From Octopus vulgaris (taxonomy: Eukaryota): a stretch of DNA of 64,000 nt. A program made the translations under genes and the position numbers. Below the pieces are notes generated by a model, which worked only from the letters and a program-made list of their open reading frames with translations, ran no database searches and had not been told where the DNA came from. Below are positions 39,938-51,750 of the stretch, piece by piece (the stretch's first letter is position 1; each line of letters opens with the position of its first letter). The DNA lies in assembly GCA_951406725.2 (NCBI GenBank), contig OX597832.1, forward strand, positions 14,508,001 to 14,572,000. The letters are read 5' to 3'.

Positions 39938-40092
39938 TTGTAACGTTTTGACGATTTCCGCCGGTTGTGTTTTTTTACATTTGATATATATATACACACG
40001 CATACACATATATATGTATATACATATGTATATATATATATATATCAAATGTAAAAACATGCAGCCAGCGGAAATCGTCAAAACATTACAAA
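39937..40092. repeat. Inverted repeat (~50-bp unique arms) around a TA/CA spacer
   Basis: TTTGTAACGTTTTGACGATTTCCGCCGGTTG...TTTTTACATTTGA vs TCAAATGTAAAAA...CAGCCAGCGGAAATCGTCAAAACATTACAAA. Confidence 0.9.
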
Positions 40093-41624
40093 CACGAAAA
40101 AAACACAGCACAATATTGGCAAACAGGACAGAAGATACACAAATCATTCGCAACCAATTCCTCTTTCAATCGGAGTCTGGAATGTCTACGTAGCTTCGCC
40201 AAAGTCCTCTCCGATACTACTCGAAACTAGTTGGGCCAAGGGCTGAAGCTGAAACCATTAAGCTCTTGAACAAGGCAAACGAATGTACATATACAAACAC
40301 AAGGAAATAAGAAACAGAAATATTCTTTCGACTATCGGACGAACGTAACATAAGAAATAGAATATATAACAATATATAACATATATAGCATAAATTCAAT
40401 GATTTGTACCTACTGAAACGTACAATAAATCAATTAATAATCGATGCCTCATAAAACAAGTAACACGCAATCATAAGCTAGTATTAACAATATACTACAC
40501 GCATCATTACGATCAAAATATATGTATTACGAATATTTCAGGGGAATGCAGCGAAATTTTAACTTAAGTTTAAGCTGAAAGTTGCCTCTTTCACTTTCCT
40601 TAAAACGTCGAAAGCAATGTTGTGCTACATGTTCGCAGAGTAATCCTGAGACTTCTACCTCGTTAATTCCTCTTAAAAAGACGTAATCAAATGAATATAA
40701 CAATGCAGTGCGGGATTTACAAAGAAACGAAGTAAAAAGAACATCTGTAAATATCACACATAAATTCTATCATCTGTGCCTAGTAAATATGTTGTAATAT
40801 TTCTCATGTGTTGTTATTAAGCATGTAAATAAATAAAACACATGTGCCGCATTTCACCAAGCACAAGGCAACAAAGCACCACAATTATCATTAACGGGAG
40901 ATACTCTCATAATTCACAGGATTCTCTTGAACATGTAGGAATCTGATTATGGCAACAATTTGGATATATCCACCCGAGTAGAATAAATATATATCGTACG
41001 TCGAAAGTAGAAATTTTTGATGCGGACCACGAAAACTCTAATCGACAAAATTCTTTAAAATGATAGTGTAAAGTATAATTATCTTCTCAAATCATATCGA
41101 GTCACCAGGTCCAATTCTCCAGGTTTTATTACGCATATAATCACATTGGGACACTGATTCTTCGTAGTATTACTGATTTGTGCTAGCTAAGAAGAATGGA
41201 GCAACCTGAAATGATGTGTATTACGAAAAGCACAACTCATCGTTCTAGCAGCCGATCGAAACCACAATTTTACTATCATGAGACCAACAGCCTAACTATT
41301 AAGCCACGCGTCCCTACAAAATTATAAGATGAATTCTATGAATAAAAGGTACCCTAGAAGACTGAAAGCAATTCATAGTATGAAAACAGAAATGTAGTTG
41401 AAAATGTGATTAATCTAACCGTAATAAATTTACTGATTATCATATACTATTCTTCGTTAATAAAAGAATAAAATAGAAGGTACTTGGAAATAAATGAATA
41501 CATAAAAATATATATTTTTATTCCCTCATCATTTTCTCTGTATTACACACACACACGCGCACACACACACACATATATATATATACATATATATATATAC
41601 ATATATATATATACATATATATTC

Positions 41625-41660
<36 letters not shown>

Positions 41661-41870
41661 GTATGTACATATATATGTGTGTATGTGTGTGTGTGTGTTC
41701 ACAAACTGATACATTAATATTATTATGTAAATGTATGTATATACGTATGTATAATTTTAAAAAGAGAGAAATTCCAACGAAGAAAGAGAACAAACACAAC
41801 TTAATATATACCAGTATATACATGTCTCTCTTTTTCTGTCTCTCTCTGCATATATATATATATATACACG

Positions 41871-41959
<89 letters not shown>

Positions 41960-42873
41960 ATACGTATGTATATACATACATAAAGAAAGTGAGAGGTAGG
42001 TAAGAGAAGGAGAGAGAGATAACTAGACGGATAGATGGATAGATTGATAAATAGATAACTAGATAAGTAGGTAGTTTTATATATTCCTCACCTCACATAT
42101 ATTTGATATGTGTCTATACAAATAATAAAAATAAAATGGAAATTCGCTGATTGTCTAAATGGTTTGCCTATATTTTGTTGAAAGAAAATTATGAATATGG
42201 TGGGCGACAATCACCGATATCAGGATAAATTTAAGATACCGACATTTCTTGTTTACTTTGCAAATCGTTATTCACTAAAGTTCTTATAGCTACATTATAA
42301 AAATTGCAAACGGAGACAAGATAAGTTGCTCTGTAATACGCAAGAAATAATATCCCCGCAAAATCCGGTTACACTGATAAATGAAGTTTTCAGCGTGTGT
42401 AATTATACTGTATCATCACTTTCAAGATAAATATTCTGCTTATTTAAACGACTGGAAACTAGACTATAGTATACATAAAGTTCAAAAATGAAAGAAGTAA
42501 AATTATATGGAAAATACGAAAAAGTAAGGAAAAAACAACAACAATAATGATAAAATGCTACCAAGAAAAGCGTTCTATTTTATAATACTAATTATGAATT
42601 CAGGTTCGAAGAAGTATAAAGATGATAACACCCAGTCTTTAGATAATTGTCGGTAATGACCTCTTGCTCACTCTACTGTTAAATAGAAAGAAAATCGATT
42701 GTTTCTATTGCTTTTTTTTATAGATATACGAAAGCATCTTGATATGGTAAACGGCAGACATATTGATGTATTATCCATGCGAAAAGAAATAAACGTAAAA
42801 AAAAAAATATGAAATGAAATAATATAGATATAGTGAGGAAATAAAATTGTTCGATTTCTTAAATATATATATA

Positions 42874-42950
<77 letters not shown>

Positions 42951-45142
42951 GGATACACACGCACGCACGCACGCACACATACACATATTTATATACTTAT
43001 GAAACCTATGAATATAGTCTAATCGCTATTATTTAAATAAATCTATTTGTCACTGATATCTTAGCTACGAACGTAACTTGGGGACGGTGTAATACGATAT
43101 AGCAAAAAGTACAATTACGTTACAATAATATCATTTGCACCCCTTAAATCATACAGAACAGAATTTAAAATACGTTAGTTTATGAACTCGAAGCAATGCA
43201 GGCTACACATTTTCAGAGATGTAAATACTGATAAACTCATCACTTTTAAATACATATTGCCTATTGAATAAAATATTCTAGTCGTTTTCCATCGCTTTAA
43301 CAGTTCTACTGGTCCGTCTTTATGCATTTAATAATATCGCTGTTGAATATATATAGTTTTGCAGGTGAATTATATCATTGATGTGAATGCATTTCTGCAT
43401 TTGATTTCGAACATTTATGCTTGATTCAAGTCATGCTCATTTTTAATTGCTTTATTCCATTTAACGGTACATCGACATAAGATGTGTATACATGTGCTGG
43501 TTGAATTTTATATGCCAATACTCAACTTTGTTCATATTTAAATATTACCGTGAGCGAGTGATAGAGAGCATGCAATATAATATATATTACTACACTTTAT
43601 GAAAATAAGCAACGGAAGTGTAGATCCGGTCTTATCTCTGCTGATCTATGATGAAGTGTGTAATCGGAAGAACCATGTCGATTGACCTAGAAGAAATTGA
43701 AATCATAGCGGCCAACTAATTGGAAAAATGAAAAATGAGTTTCAGTAGAATGTAACGTAGTATATTTTGGATTGTATGCAAACATGGCAAAACATTGATA
43801 GATGGAGTTCTTGCTATTCAGACGAAGCTGTATAGGTACATCGTAATATTCTTACTGTCATGATTAACTAAGCCACAGCACTGTTAATTTTCTAAAGACG
43901 TACATAATCATACTAAATTATTTGCAGTAGTTACTCGTCTCTAAATACGCAAATTTCACCTATTTTCATTATCTCTGAGAGTATAAATTATCATCTCAGT
44001 TTACTTCATGGACTGGTATTGGTTCAAGCACTTGTAAGTACTTTCTGTTAATATAATTGAAGAACCAGCAGTATGGAATACTACAATGGAAAGTGAGAGA
44101 GTTTCTGAGCATAAATATAATACTATGTAATGACTTACACCATACACTTAGTTTCAAATGAAGTGAGAAATAATACCACTCATTTGATTTAAAGTTAATG
44201 ATTGAAGAATTTACAGCTGGATGTGAAGGATTTTAGGTTCAATCCGTATATAAGTTGATTGTGTAGGCGCTTATGTCTTGTTATCTTGCAAATTTTATAA
44301 GTAACAAGGTGTTGATTAACAACAAAGATTTTTATATTAAGGTATAAACCGAACTAAAGCCCTCTATTACAGCACATTGGTGGAGATGTAATGACGCCTT
44401 CTATTACAGCACAATGGAGGGGATTTGTAAAAATAAAAAACACCCTAATTCATTATCATTCCAGGCAAAATGCATAGTGGCATTTTCCCTGTTTTGGATT
44501 CTAATGCCTCCGAGGTCGACTTTGCGCATTAACTCTTTCGATGTGGATAAAATCGAGCACTGGTTCGGATCAATCGACTCCGACCACCGAAATGTCTAGC
44601 TTTGTGAGTTCAAGTGCACATTGCCCGAGTATACAACCGAAGCATAGAAGCCTGCTCAACGATCTTAAAATACTAGCCATATATACGTTAGTCATCTGTG
44701 CCAGCAAGATTTCTGGCATAGGTTATGGAATGATGATTTTCAGTTCTAAATATTTCTGTGCCAGCATAAAGGGAAGGGAAATGTCTTTCATGGTTTGCAG
44801 CGAGAGTGTCTCGAAAATTTGTCAAATTACCTGATTGGTGACTTACAGAAAACTAGCAATATACTACCGGCAGCAACAGAAAGGTTTCCAGATAATGTCT
44901 TACACTTCAGTTTCAGTGTGTGACTACAGAGCAATGTTTGATGCTAGTTTAGATAGTTTCTAGCAAAATAATTAGAGAGGGTCACAAAAATTTTGCAAAC
45001 TGCTCAGTCATTTCCCATTCCCTCACAGGTAGCGTCTAAATTTCTTCCAATGCACGAATGGTATCATAGTAAGAAGGGTCATCAATGTCATGCCTACATA
45101 CTGAATTATGTGGGCTAGTGGACAGTGAATCTAAATCGTAAA

Positions 45143-45480
45143 TAATAGGTTGTCTAGAAAGTATTTGGGATTTTTAACCTTTAAATTCAGATGCACATAC
45201 CTCGGTTCAAACAAAACTTTATTAATCGAAATAAACACCATCAGAATCAACAAAAAGTTGCTAGTAGCGTAAAGGCCCTACGTTCTGGTGGCGATGAAGT
45301 CGTTGAAGGCGTGTTCGATATTGTCTTGGTTTTTTAAGCATTTCTCCCACAAGACGTTGTCGAGATGCTTGAAAAAGTGGTAGTCGGTAGGTGAGAGGTC
45401 TGGTGAGTATGACAAATGAGGCAGAGTTTCGTAGCTCAATTCGTTTAACTTCTGCAGGATCAGAACATTGTTGCTGATGT
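45143..45480 (-). mobile_element. Mariner 3' fragment with TIR (cecropia/Hsmar1-like)
   Basis: LQKLNELSYETLPHLSYSPDLSPTDYHFFKHLDN (YSPDL motif), C-terminal VDSDG..YFD*, TIR-like TAATAGGTTG at 45143. Confidence 0.85.
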
Positions 45481-46577
45481 AATCGACGAATCCAAGCCTC
45501 ACAAAATTTCAGTCTTTTTTTCAATAGCAGAAAGTGGTAATATTTACTATTCATTGCTGCTTTGTGTAGAAATCTGGGCGGGCGGGGTCACAGCTACCAC
45601 TGTGACAATAAAGATGAGCAATAGATTAAACTTTGGAGTCATTCAGTTTCTAGTCATACGTTACGATGTGCACTTGTAACCCGTGTACGTACAAGTATAC
45701 GGCAAGTAAGAACTTACAAAAATAAGATATAAGACTTAAATACAAAATTACTTGAACAGGGTTTTCTTCTATCTGTTTTGTGATATCATGATATACTAAT
45801 AGTAATAAAATATTCTGGCATGTCTAAATATGACCGCCTTTTCTGATATTCACATACTACAAAACACAATGTAAATAAATTATCCGCCATTTTTATTCAG
45901 GGGTATTCTCATCCATTGTGTTCATCTGTCATTCTGTTATAGAATTTTCTGGTAAGAAATGTTTTAGTACAAAATAAATACATTTAACATGTTTATTATG
46001 ACAAGGAGGAAAACGTTGAATATATTGAAATTTAATAATAAATTGCTATAGGCAATTAACAAAGTATTAGGTTGAATAAACTGAAGCACTTTCACACATG
46101 GATATACAATTATCTACGCATTATTATAAGTATATATCACAGGTTAACATAAGAAAATAACTAAATATATTTAAATTAATTTACGAAAACTTTGTCAATT
46201 TCTCATTACAGAAGCAGCAAAAAATTGGTCACACTCATACAAAATCAGGTTCACAGTGCATTCGAGGAGGACAGCAGTTTTGCGAGATATAGTCGGACGC
46301 AAAAAGACACAATCGACCCGTCAGAAGACAAAACAACATGGATCTCAGATACAAGCTCTAAGTGACCCACTTCCGATAAGTCCTAAAAACTAAGACTAAA
46401 TAATAATGTAACAATGAATTTATCAGTGAAGATAACACTTTTATTTTTTAACTAGATCGAAGTATTAATCACGTAATGATTTTCTTATTGCATGAAATTT
46501 CGTTATACTTGTGATGAAATAGGAATATTTCTGGAATGTAGACATATTCAAAAACTCTTCCTAGAATACATCATATA

Positions 46578-46614
46578 TTCTCGAACATTCTGCAATGTAT
46601 ATTCTCGAACTTTC
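46578..46614. promoter_or_regulatory. Two tandem heat-shock-element consensus matches
   Basis: TTCtcGAAcaTTC (46578-46590) and TTCtcGAActTTC (46602-46614); function unverified. Confidence 0.35.
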
Positions 46615-47635
46615 TGAAAAGTAGTTTGAAAATACAATTTGGCGATTTTTATGTCAACTTTATTGAGAAAGTGTATAATGTATTAGTGAAGAGTGAACCG
46701 TTTTTGAAGTTTATAAATATTCAAACATTAGTTGAGAAAACATTAGATAAAATTTAGGCCTGGAAGTGATTGAATATTGAAAAAAGAATTATCGGTGCCA
46801 TGATGATTTTCACCGGGTATGAAAATGTTATTATGACTAAGAGCAATGTAAAAGCTGTATTCTGTGACACGGATAGCTGCAACAGAGACTTCGAATCCTT
46901 GGCAACAAGGAAGTAATACAGCATGTGTTGCGACTCGGTAGGCTCAGCGGGATTCAGTCTTTTATCTTTGAACAGGCCCTTATGCTCATTTCAGACGGTT
47001 ATGTGAAACTGCTGGACACGGTGCTCAAACTCTAGCATGAGAGAATCGCCCCTGGGGGGCCATATGTGTGGCCTGCACTTCCTTGCTGATTATTCTCCGT
47101 GAAAGACTTCTATTTCTCTAGTGAGAAATGGTTGTCTACCTCATCCTAATGAGATAGACTCAAAACTGTTCTCTCTGAAGGAGAAAGGCTTAACTGGTGG
47201 CCAAGATCGAACACGTGTCCGTAGTTTTTCCTTGCAGGTACAGAGGGGAATGCATGCGACGAGTTCTGGAATCGATCTGAGGCCATGATGGAAGCTGAGT
47301 GGGCAAAATTGAGTAAACTGGTATCGGGTTGGTAGTTTATGATTTGTTAAAATACAATTATTTATAGTCAGGTTTTTGTGTTTTCTCTTACTTGTGGGGA
47401 AATTCAAATTTAGCCCGAACACCTTGTTTATGCCTCAATACTATGATACACTTCATGTAATGAGAAATAAAAAAATATTGACTGCAGTGTGTAATTTAAT
47501 TAACTACTAACATATTAGTGTTAAATGCGCAAGCAAGTAGTATTCACATTTTTATCAGTTCAATTTGGTCCCACTTCCGAAAGTTACAAACTATAACATT
47601 TGTAAAATGCACAGTTTTGCAAAGGAAGCAATGCA

Positions 47636-47893
47636 GCATATCGTTGAAGAACAAGTGAGATATAATAAACAAATAAATACATCTGTGGATCCTAAACATT
47701 TTCATGTGTGACTTCACTGGATTGTAATTTGTGGCAACATCTGCTGGCTGTTTGCTAAGGAAGTGATTTAGCATATCATTGAAGAACCATCGAGATATAA
47801 TAACCGAGTAAACGCTTCTAAGAATCCTAAAAATTTCCATGTGTGACGATTTAACTGGATTGCAATATGCGGCAACATCTGTTGCTGTTTGCT
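47636..47893. repeat. Diverged tandem duplication, ~135-bp unit
   Basis: GCATATC.TTGAAGAAC...GAGATATAATAA...ATCCTAAA...CATGTGTGAC...CTGGATTG...GGCAACATCTG...GCTGTTTGCT occurs twice. Confidence 0.85.
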
Positions 47894-49371
47894 GTTCTTT
47901 CTTCTTCGTCGGTATTTCTTATTATGGATTCATGGTGGAAATACTGCTGTATAATTATATATTACCAATGGATATTTACTCCATTCCACACACCATTTCA
48001 ACTATCAGTCTCGGTTGCCTTTCACTCTTTATACTCTCCATTTTCCCTCTCCTCTCTGCCTTTATGCTAAGTTATTTTTTCCATTTTCGCTTTCTTTTTT
48101 CTTCCTTCAGGCATTCAGTACTTCTTACTTTCTGTGTTTCTCTTTTGCTACTTTCTTTCTATCTGTCTGTCTTTCAATCCTTTTTTTTTGTATATATCAA
48201 TTTTATATCATTTTATTTTTAGTGAGAAACATAACTTAAAAGTCATTCAACGACAAAGGTTGACGTTAAATGGTAATAAGGCCTTTGATCTAAGAACGTA
48301 ATATTTAATTAATTAATATCCGTTATTTTAAAGGTTCTCTTTTATTTGAAATATATCAGAGCCTTTTTATTTGTTCAAATTAACGACCTATCATCTGCTT
48401 TCATTTTGAATTTACTACACAATTTAATATCGGAACAAGTAATATTTGTTTTCCACATAGAATTACAAACGTTAGACCGCATGCTAAAAAAGTAAATAAA
48501 ATATTCAGCATGAAAAGATAGTTACATTTAATAAATACAATATTTGTTAATTTTCAGATCAAACAATTTCCCCTTAAATGTTATCATAAAATCCTGTGTA
48601 TATATTAAATTTTAGGAAAATTATTGATAATTTCTTTGCCATCTTCCGTTACAGTTTATAGCTTATATCGAGTGGTTATTTTCTTTCTTTTTTCTCGTAA
48701 TTTAATATCATACATTATATATCGTTCCTAAGCATCTAATACACAAACAACACGCCACACATTCTCATTCACAAAGGCAGATATTTGTGAGCGTTTGAAT
48801 GTTTCTGTATACACAGGAGTGCTCGCGCACACACATTCACACGCACATAGATAAAAGCATATATGAACACGCACTCATACATTAAACACACACACAAACA
48901 CACTCATAGACATATAACATCAAAGCTATTGTTAGGAATTGTATCTTTTTAGTCGTTACACAATTACATAATTAATAAATTATCATTAGAAGTTGCGTTA
49001 AGCCATATATAATTATAAACATTACTGTAATTACGTCAGATTAAGAGAGTAAATGATATATGAAGAGTAACATTTTTCATCTTAAATGTTTCTGATGCTA
49101 TTGTTAGCTTAGAAAACATCATTTTAACTGTGAAAATGCATCAACTAATAAGCTATTTGATGTTCGCCACGAAAACCAACATCGAAACACTTCACGTTCT
49201 GTCTCGAGTTCTGTATGCAAATGCAAGCGTTGAAAGCTATCGGTGAACTTAAAAATGTAGCAAGTGAATTCGAAGTGGCAAGTCAATTGTATAACATATT
49301 TTGCATGGAGTTAGTGATGGCCATTACAGCACAGGATATGAGATATTTAACGATGGTGAATTAGTTTACAA

Positions 49372-49580
49372 ACGAGCTGAAAATCGTTAGAACGTCGGGA
49401 AAATTGCCGTGATAAGCTTAGTTATGTCCGAGTTTACATTCTGAAATCAAATTCCTCTGAGATCGACTTAGCCTTTCATTATTTCGAGATCGATAAAATA
49501 AGTACCATGTTAATGTTGTACTCCATGTTTTCGACTTAACCACCCACCTCCAAAATTGCAGGCATTGTACCAAAATTCGA
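49372..49580 (+). mobile_element. Degraded older-tail SINE
   Basis: CGAGCTGAAAATCGTTAG...GATCGACTTAGCCTTTCAT...GATCGATAAAATAAGTACCA. A similar relic lies at ~44460-44600. Confidence 0.65.
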
Positions 49581-50593
49581 CACCCATATATATTTAGACT
49601 GGAACAATCCTTCTTCAGCATATATCAAGTGCTAGCTGAAATGACATCATCTTAATGCTACAACACATTTTAAAATATTTAGTTAACCAATGGTGAATAC
49701 TACTCATTTATAAATCTTTGGTAAATATTAGTCTTTTGTAAATTATGTTCTATGATATTGTAGTACATATTTCTATCTGCTGCTTGGAGTGAGAAAATTG
49801 TTAATATGCCCCTTTTTAATATAGAGTGTTAAATCCAAGTTTCGTATATATTACAGAACTTGAAAGCAGAGCCATAGAATCTATGAACCTGTAATTTCAG
49901 CATATTAGAAGGTATCTCATATTGAAGATTGTAACACTTGTAAGAATGAATAATATTTTGCACCGTGAATATATTCAATAAGTCAGTTACTGACACCTAA
50001 AGCTACAGTACAATCTAGTAATGCTATTATGTAAAACATTATTTTCTTCCATTGATATGAGACAAATATGAATATGATTTTAGGGCTTTCATGTAGTGGA
50101 CTGTAGTTCACAGTAAATTTTCAAAAATTAGAAGTGAAATCCATAATGTCTGTAATTAATTCAGAATGTACATTGTGTAGTCAAATTAAAGCGGATTGTA
50201 GAACAAATTTTTTATCACACCATCCAGAGAGAATATTTCAAAGTTTTCCTTCTATATTTTACACAACAGACCATTATCTATGCAGGAACCGAGTTCTAGC
50301 TCGCAATATTTTTCTACTTCTTTCGGTCATTATAGTACAGTCATGTTTGGGTTTGAAAATACTCAGTACCTCAGTATCATTTTGATGGCAGCGATTTCTC
50401 TCTCACTCAATAATTCTAATTATTCTAAAAAGCATGGGGTATCATTTTGGAATACCAATATATCAATCTAAGGGAGTACAAGCTTCAAACATTATTAATA
50501 TCAAACTGTGGCACTATGAAAAGTGACTAACCTTCTCCTCTAAGTTTTTGCATAGATACAATACCCCTTAAAAGAGAACTTAACAAATAATAG

Positions 50594-50747
50594 GAAGAAG
50601 ATGAAGAAGAAGAAAAGAAAAAGAAGAAGAAGAAGAAGGAGCAGAAGGAGCAGAAGAGGAAGAGATGAAGAAGAAGAAGAAGAAGAAGAAGAAGAAGAAG
50701 AAGAAGAAGAAGAAGAAGAAGAAGAAGAAGAAGAAGAAGAAGAAGAA
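50594..50747. repeat. (GAA)n microsatellite
   Basis: Direct reading. Confidence 0.95.
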
Positions 50748-50946
50748 TGATGACGACGACAGCGAAAACGAAGAATAAGATGGTATTGTAGGACATGTGT
50801 ATCCACCTAGATATTTAAGTCTGCAGGAGGAAGTCCAATAAGAGCCACCTAACCAAATGTTTCTTTCTTTGCAAATTTAAGCTTGTCTGGTATTAAGAGG
50901 GAAACGCAAATCATCTCTCGTGATACTTTTTCAGCAAACCTCAGCT

Positions 50947-50998
50947 AACGCTGATGAAACACATCTTGTGTGGCCACATGTAATTCGAAACGTACGTT
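50947..50998 (+). ncRNA. Candidate minimal hammerhead ribozyme (stem II degenerate)
   Basis: AACG-CTGATGA-[..TGTGGCCACA..]-GAAAC-GTA-CGTT. Confidence 0.45.
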
Positions 50999-51226
50999 GT
51001 TTTCATTGTATGCAGATTGTAATGATAGACCAATGTATATTTACACATAGAGACATACACAGACGCATACAAAAATATGTACATGTCTATACGTCTCGTA
51101 TGCATGTATTAATACATACAGTACGTACGTACGTATCTATCTATCTATCTATTTACACACACACACACACACACAAACATACATACATGCTCTGATGTAT
51201 ATATATATATATATATATATACATAT

Positions 51227-51335
<109 letters not shown>

Positions 51336-51599
51336 TATATATATAGAGAGAGAAAAGTATATATATATATATATATATATATATGACGGTGTTGTGTCAC
51401 AAGGCTTTGGCCGGCCCATGGATATAGAAGTAGAAATTTGTCTATATTGCCAGTCGACTGAACTTCGAAAGAGGTTGTTCAGAAGCAAACTGTTTGTTTA
51501 ACACACACCGACTCCTGCGCCTACGTACACACACACACACACACGCACGCACACACACACACCTACACAAAATCACACACACATGCACACACAGAGATG

Positions 51600-51750
51600 T
51601 TTTTCTATTTGTTCTATTTTCCCTTATTCGTTTCTGTTGAAGCACGTAGGCTCGTAACGTGAAATACATTTTAATGTTCCCTAGCATCAAACTAATACAC
51701 ATGCTCGTTGTTCATATACCTGTCTCCATCTTTTTTTCCTCAGAATTTCC
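51600..51750 (+). mobile_element. Degraded Penelope-like terminal fragment
   Basis: TTTCTGTTGAAGCACGTAGGCTCGTAACGTGAAA...CTAATACA...ACCTGTCT, homologous to 38236-38406. Confidence 0.5.

Noticed and set aside
43648-43710. ATGATGA C-box-like motif
   Set aside because: No D box (CTGA) or terminal stem at a suitable distance.
45566-45744. TGTA...TACA-bounded island resembling a solo LTR
   Set aside because: No TSD or second copy visible; boundaries are ambiguous.
47017-47078. GGTGCTCAAACT...GGGCCATATGTGTGGCC resembling a hAT terminus
   Set aside because: No matching opposite end or 8-bp TSD found.
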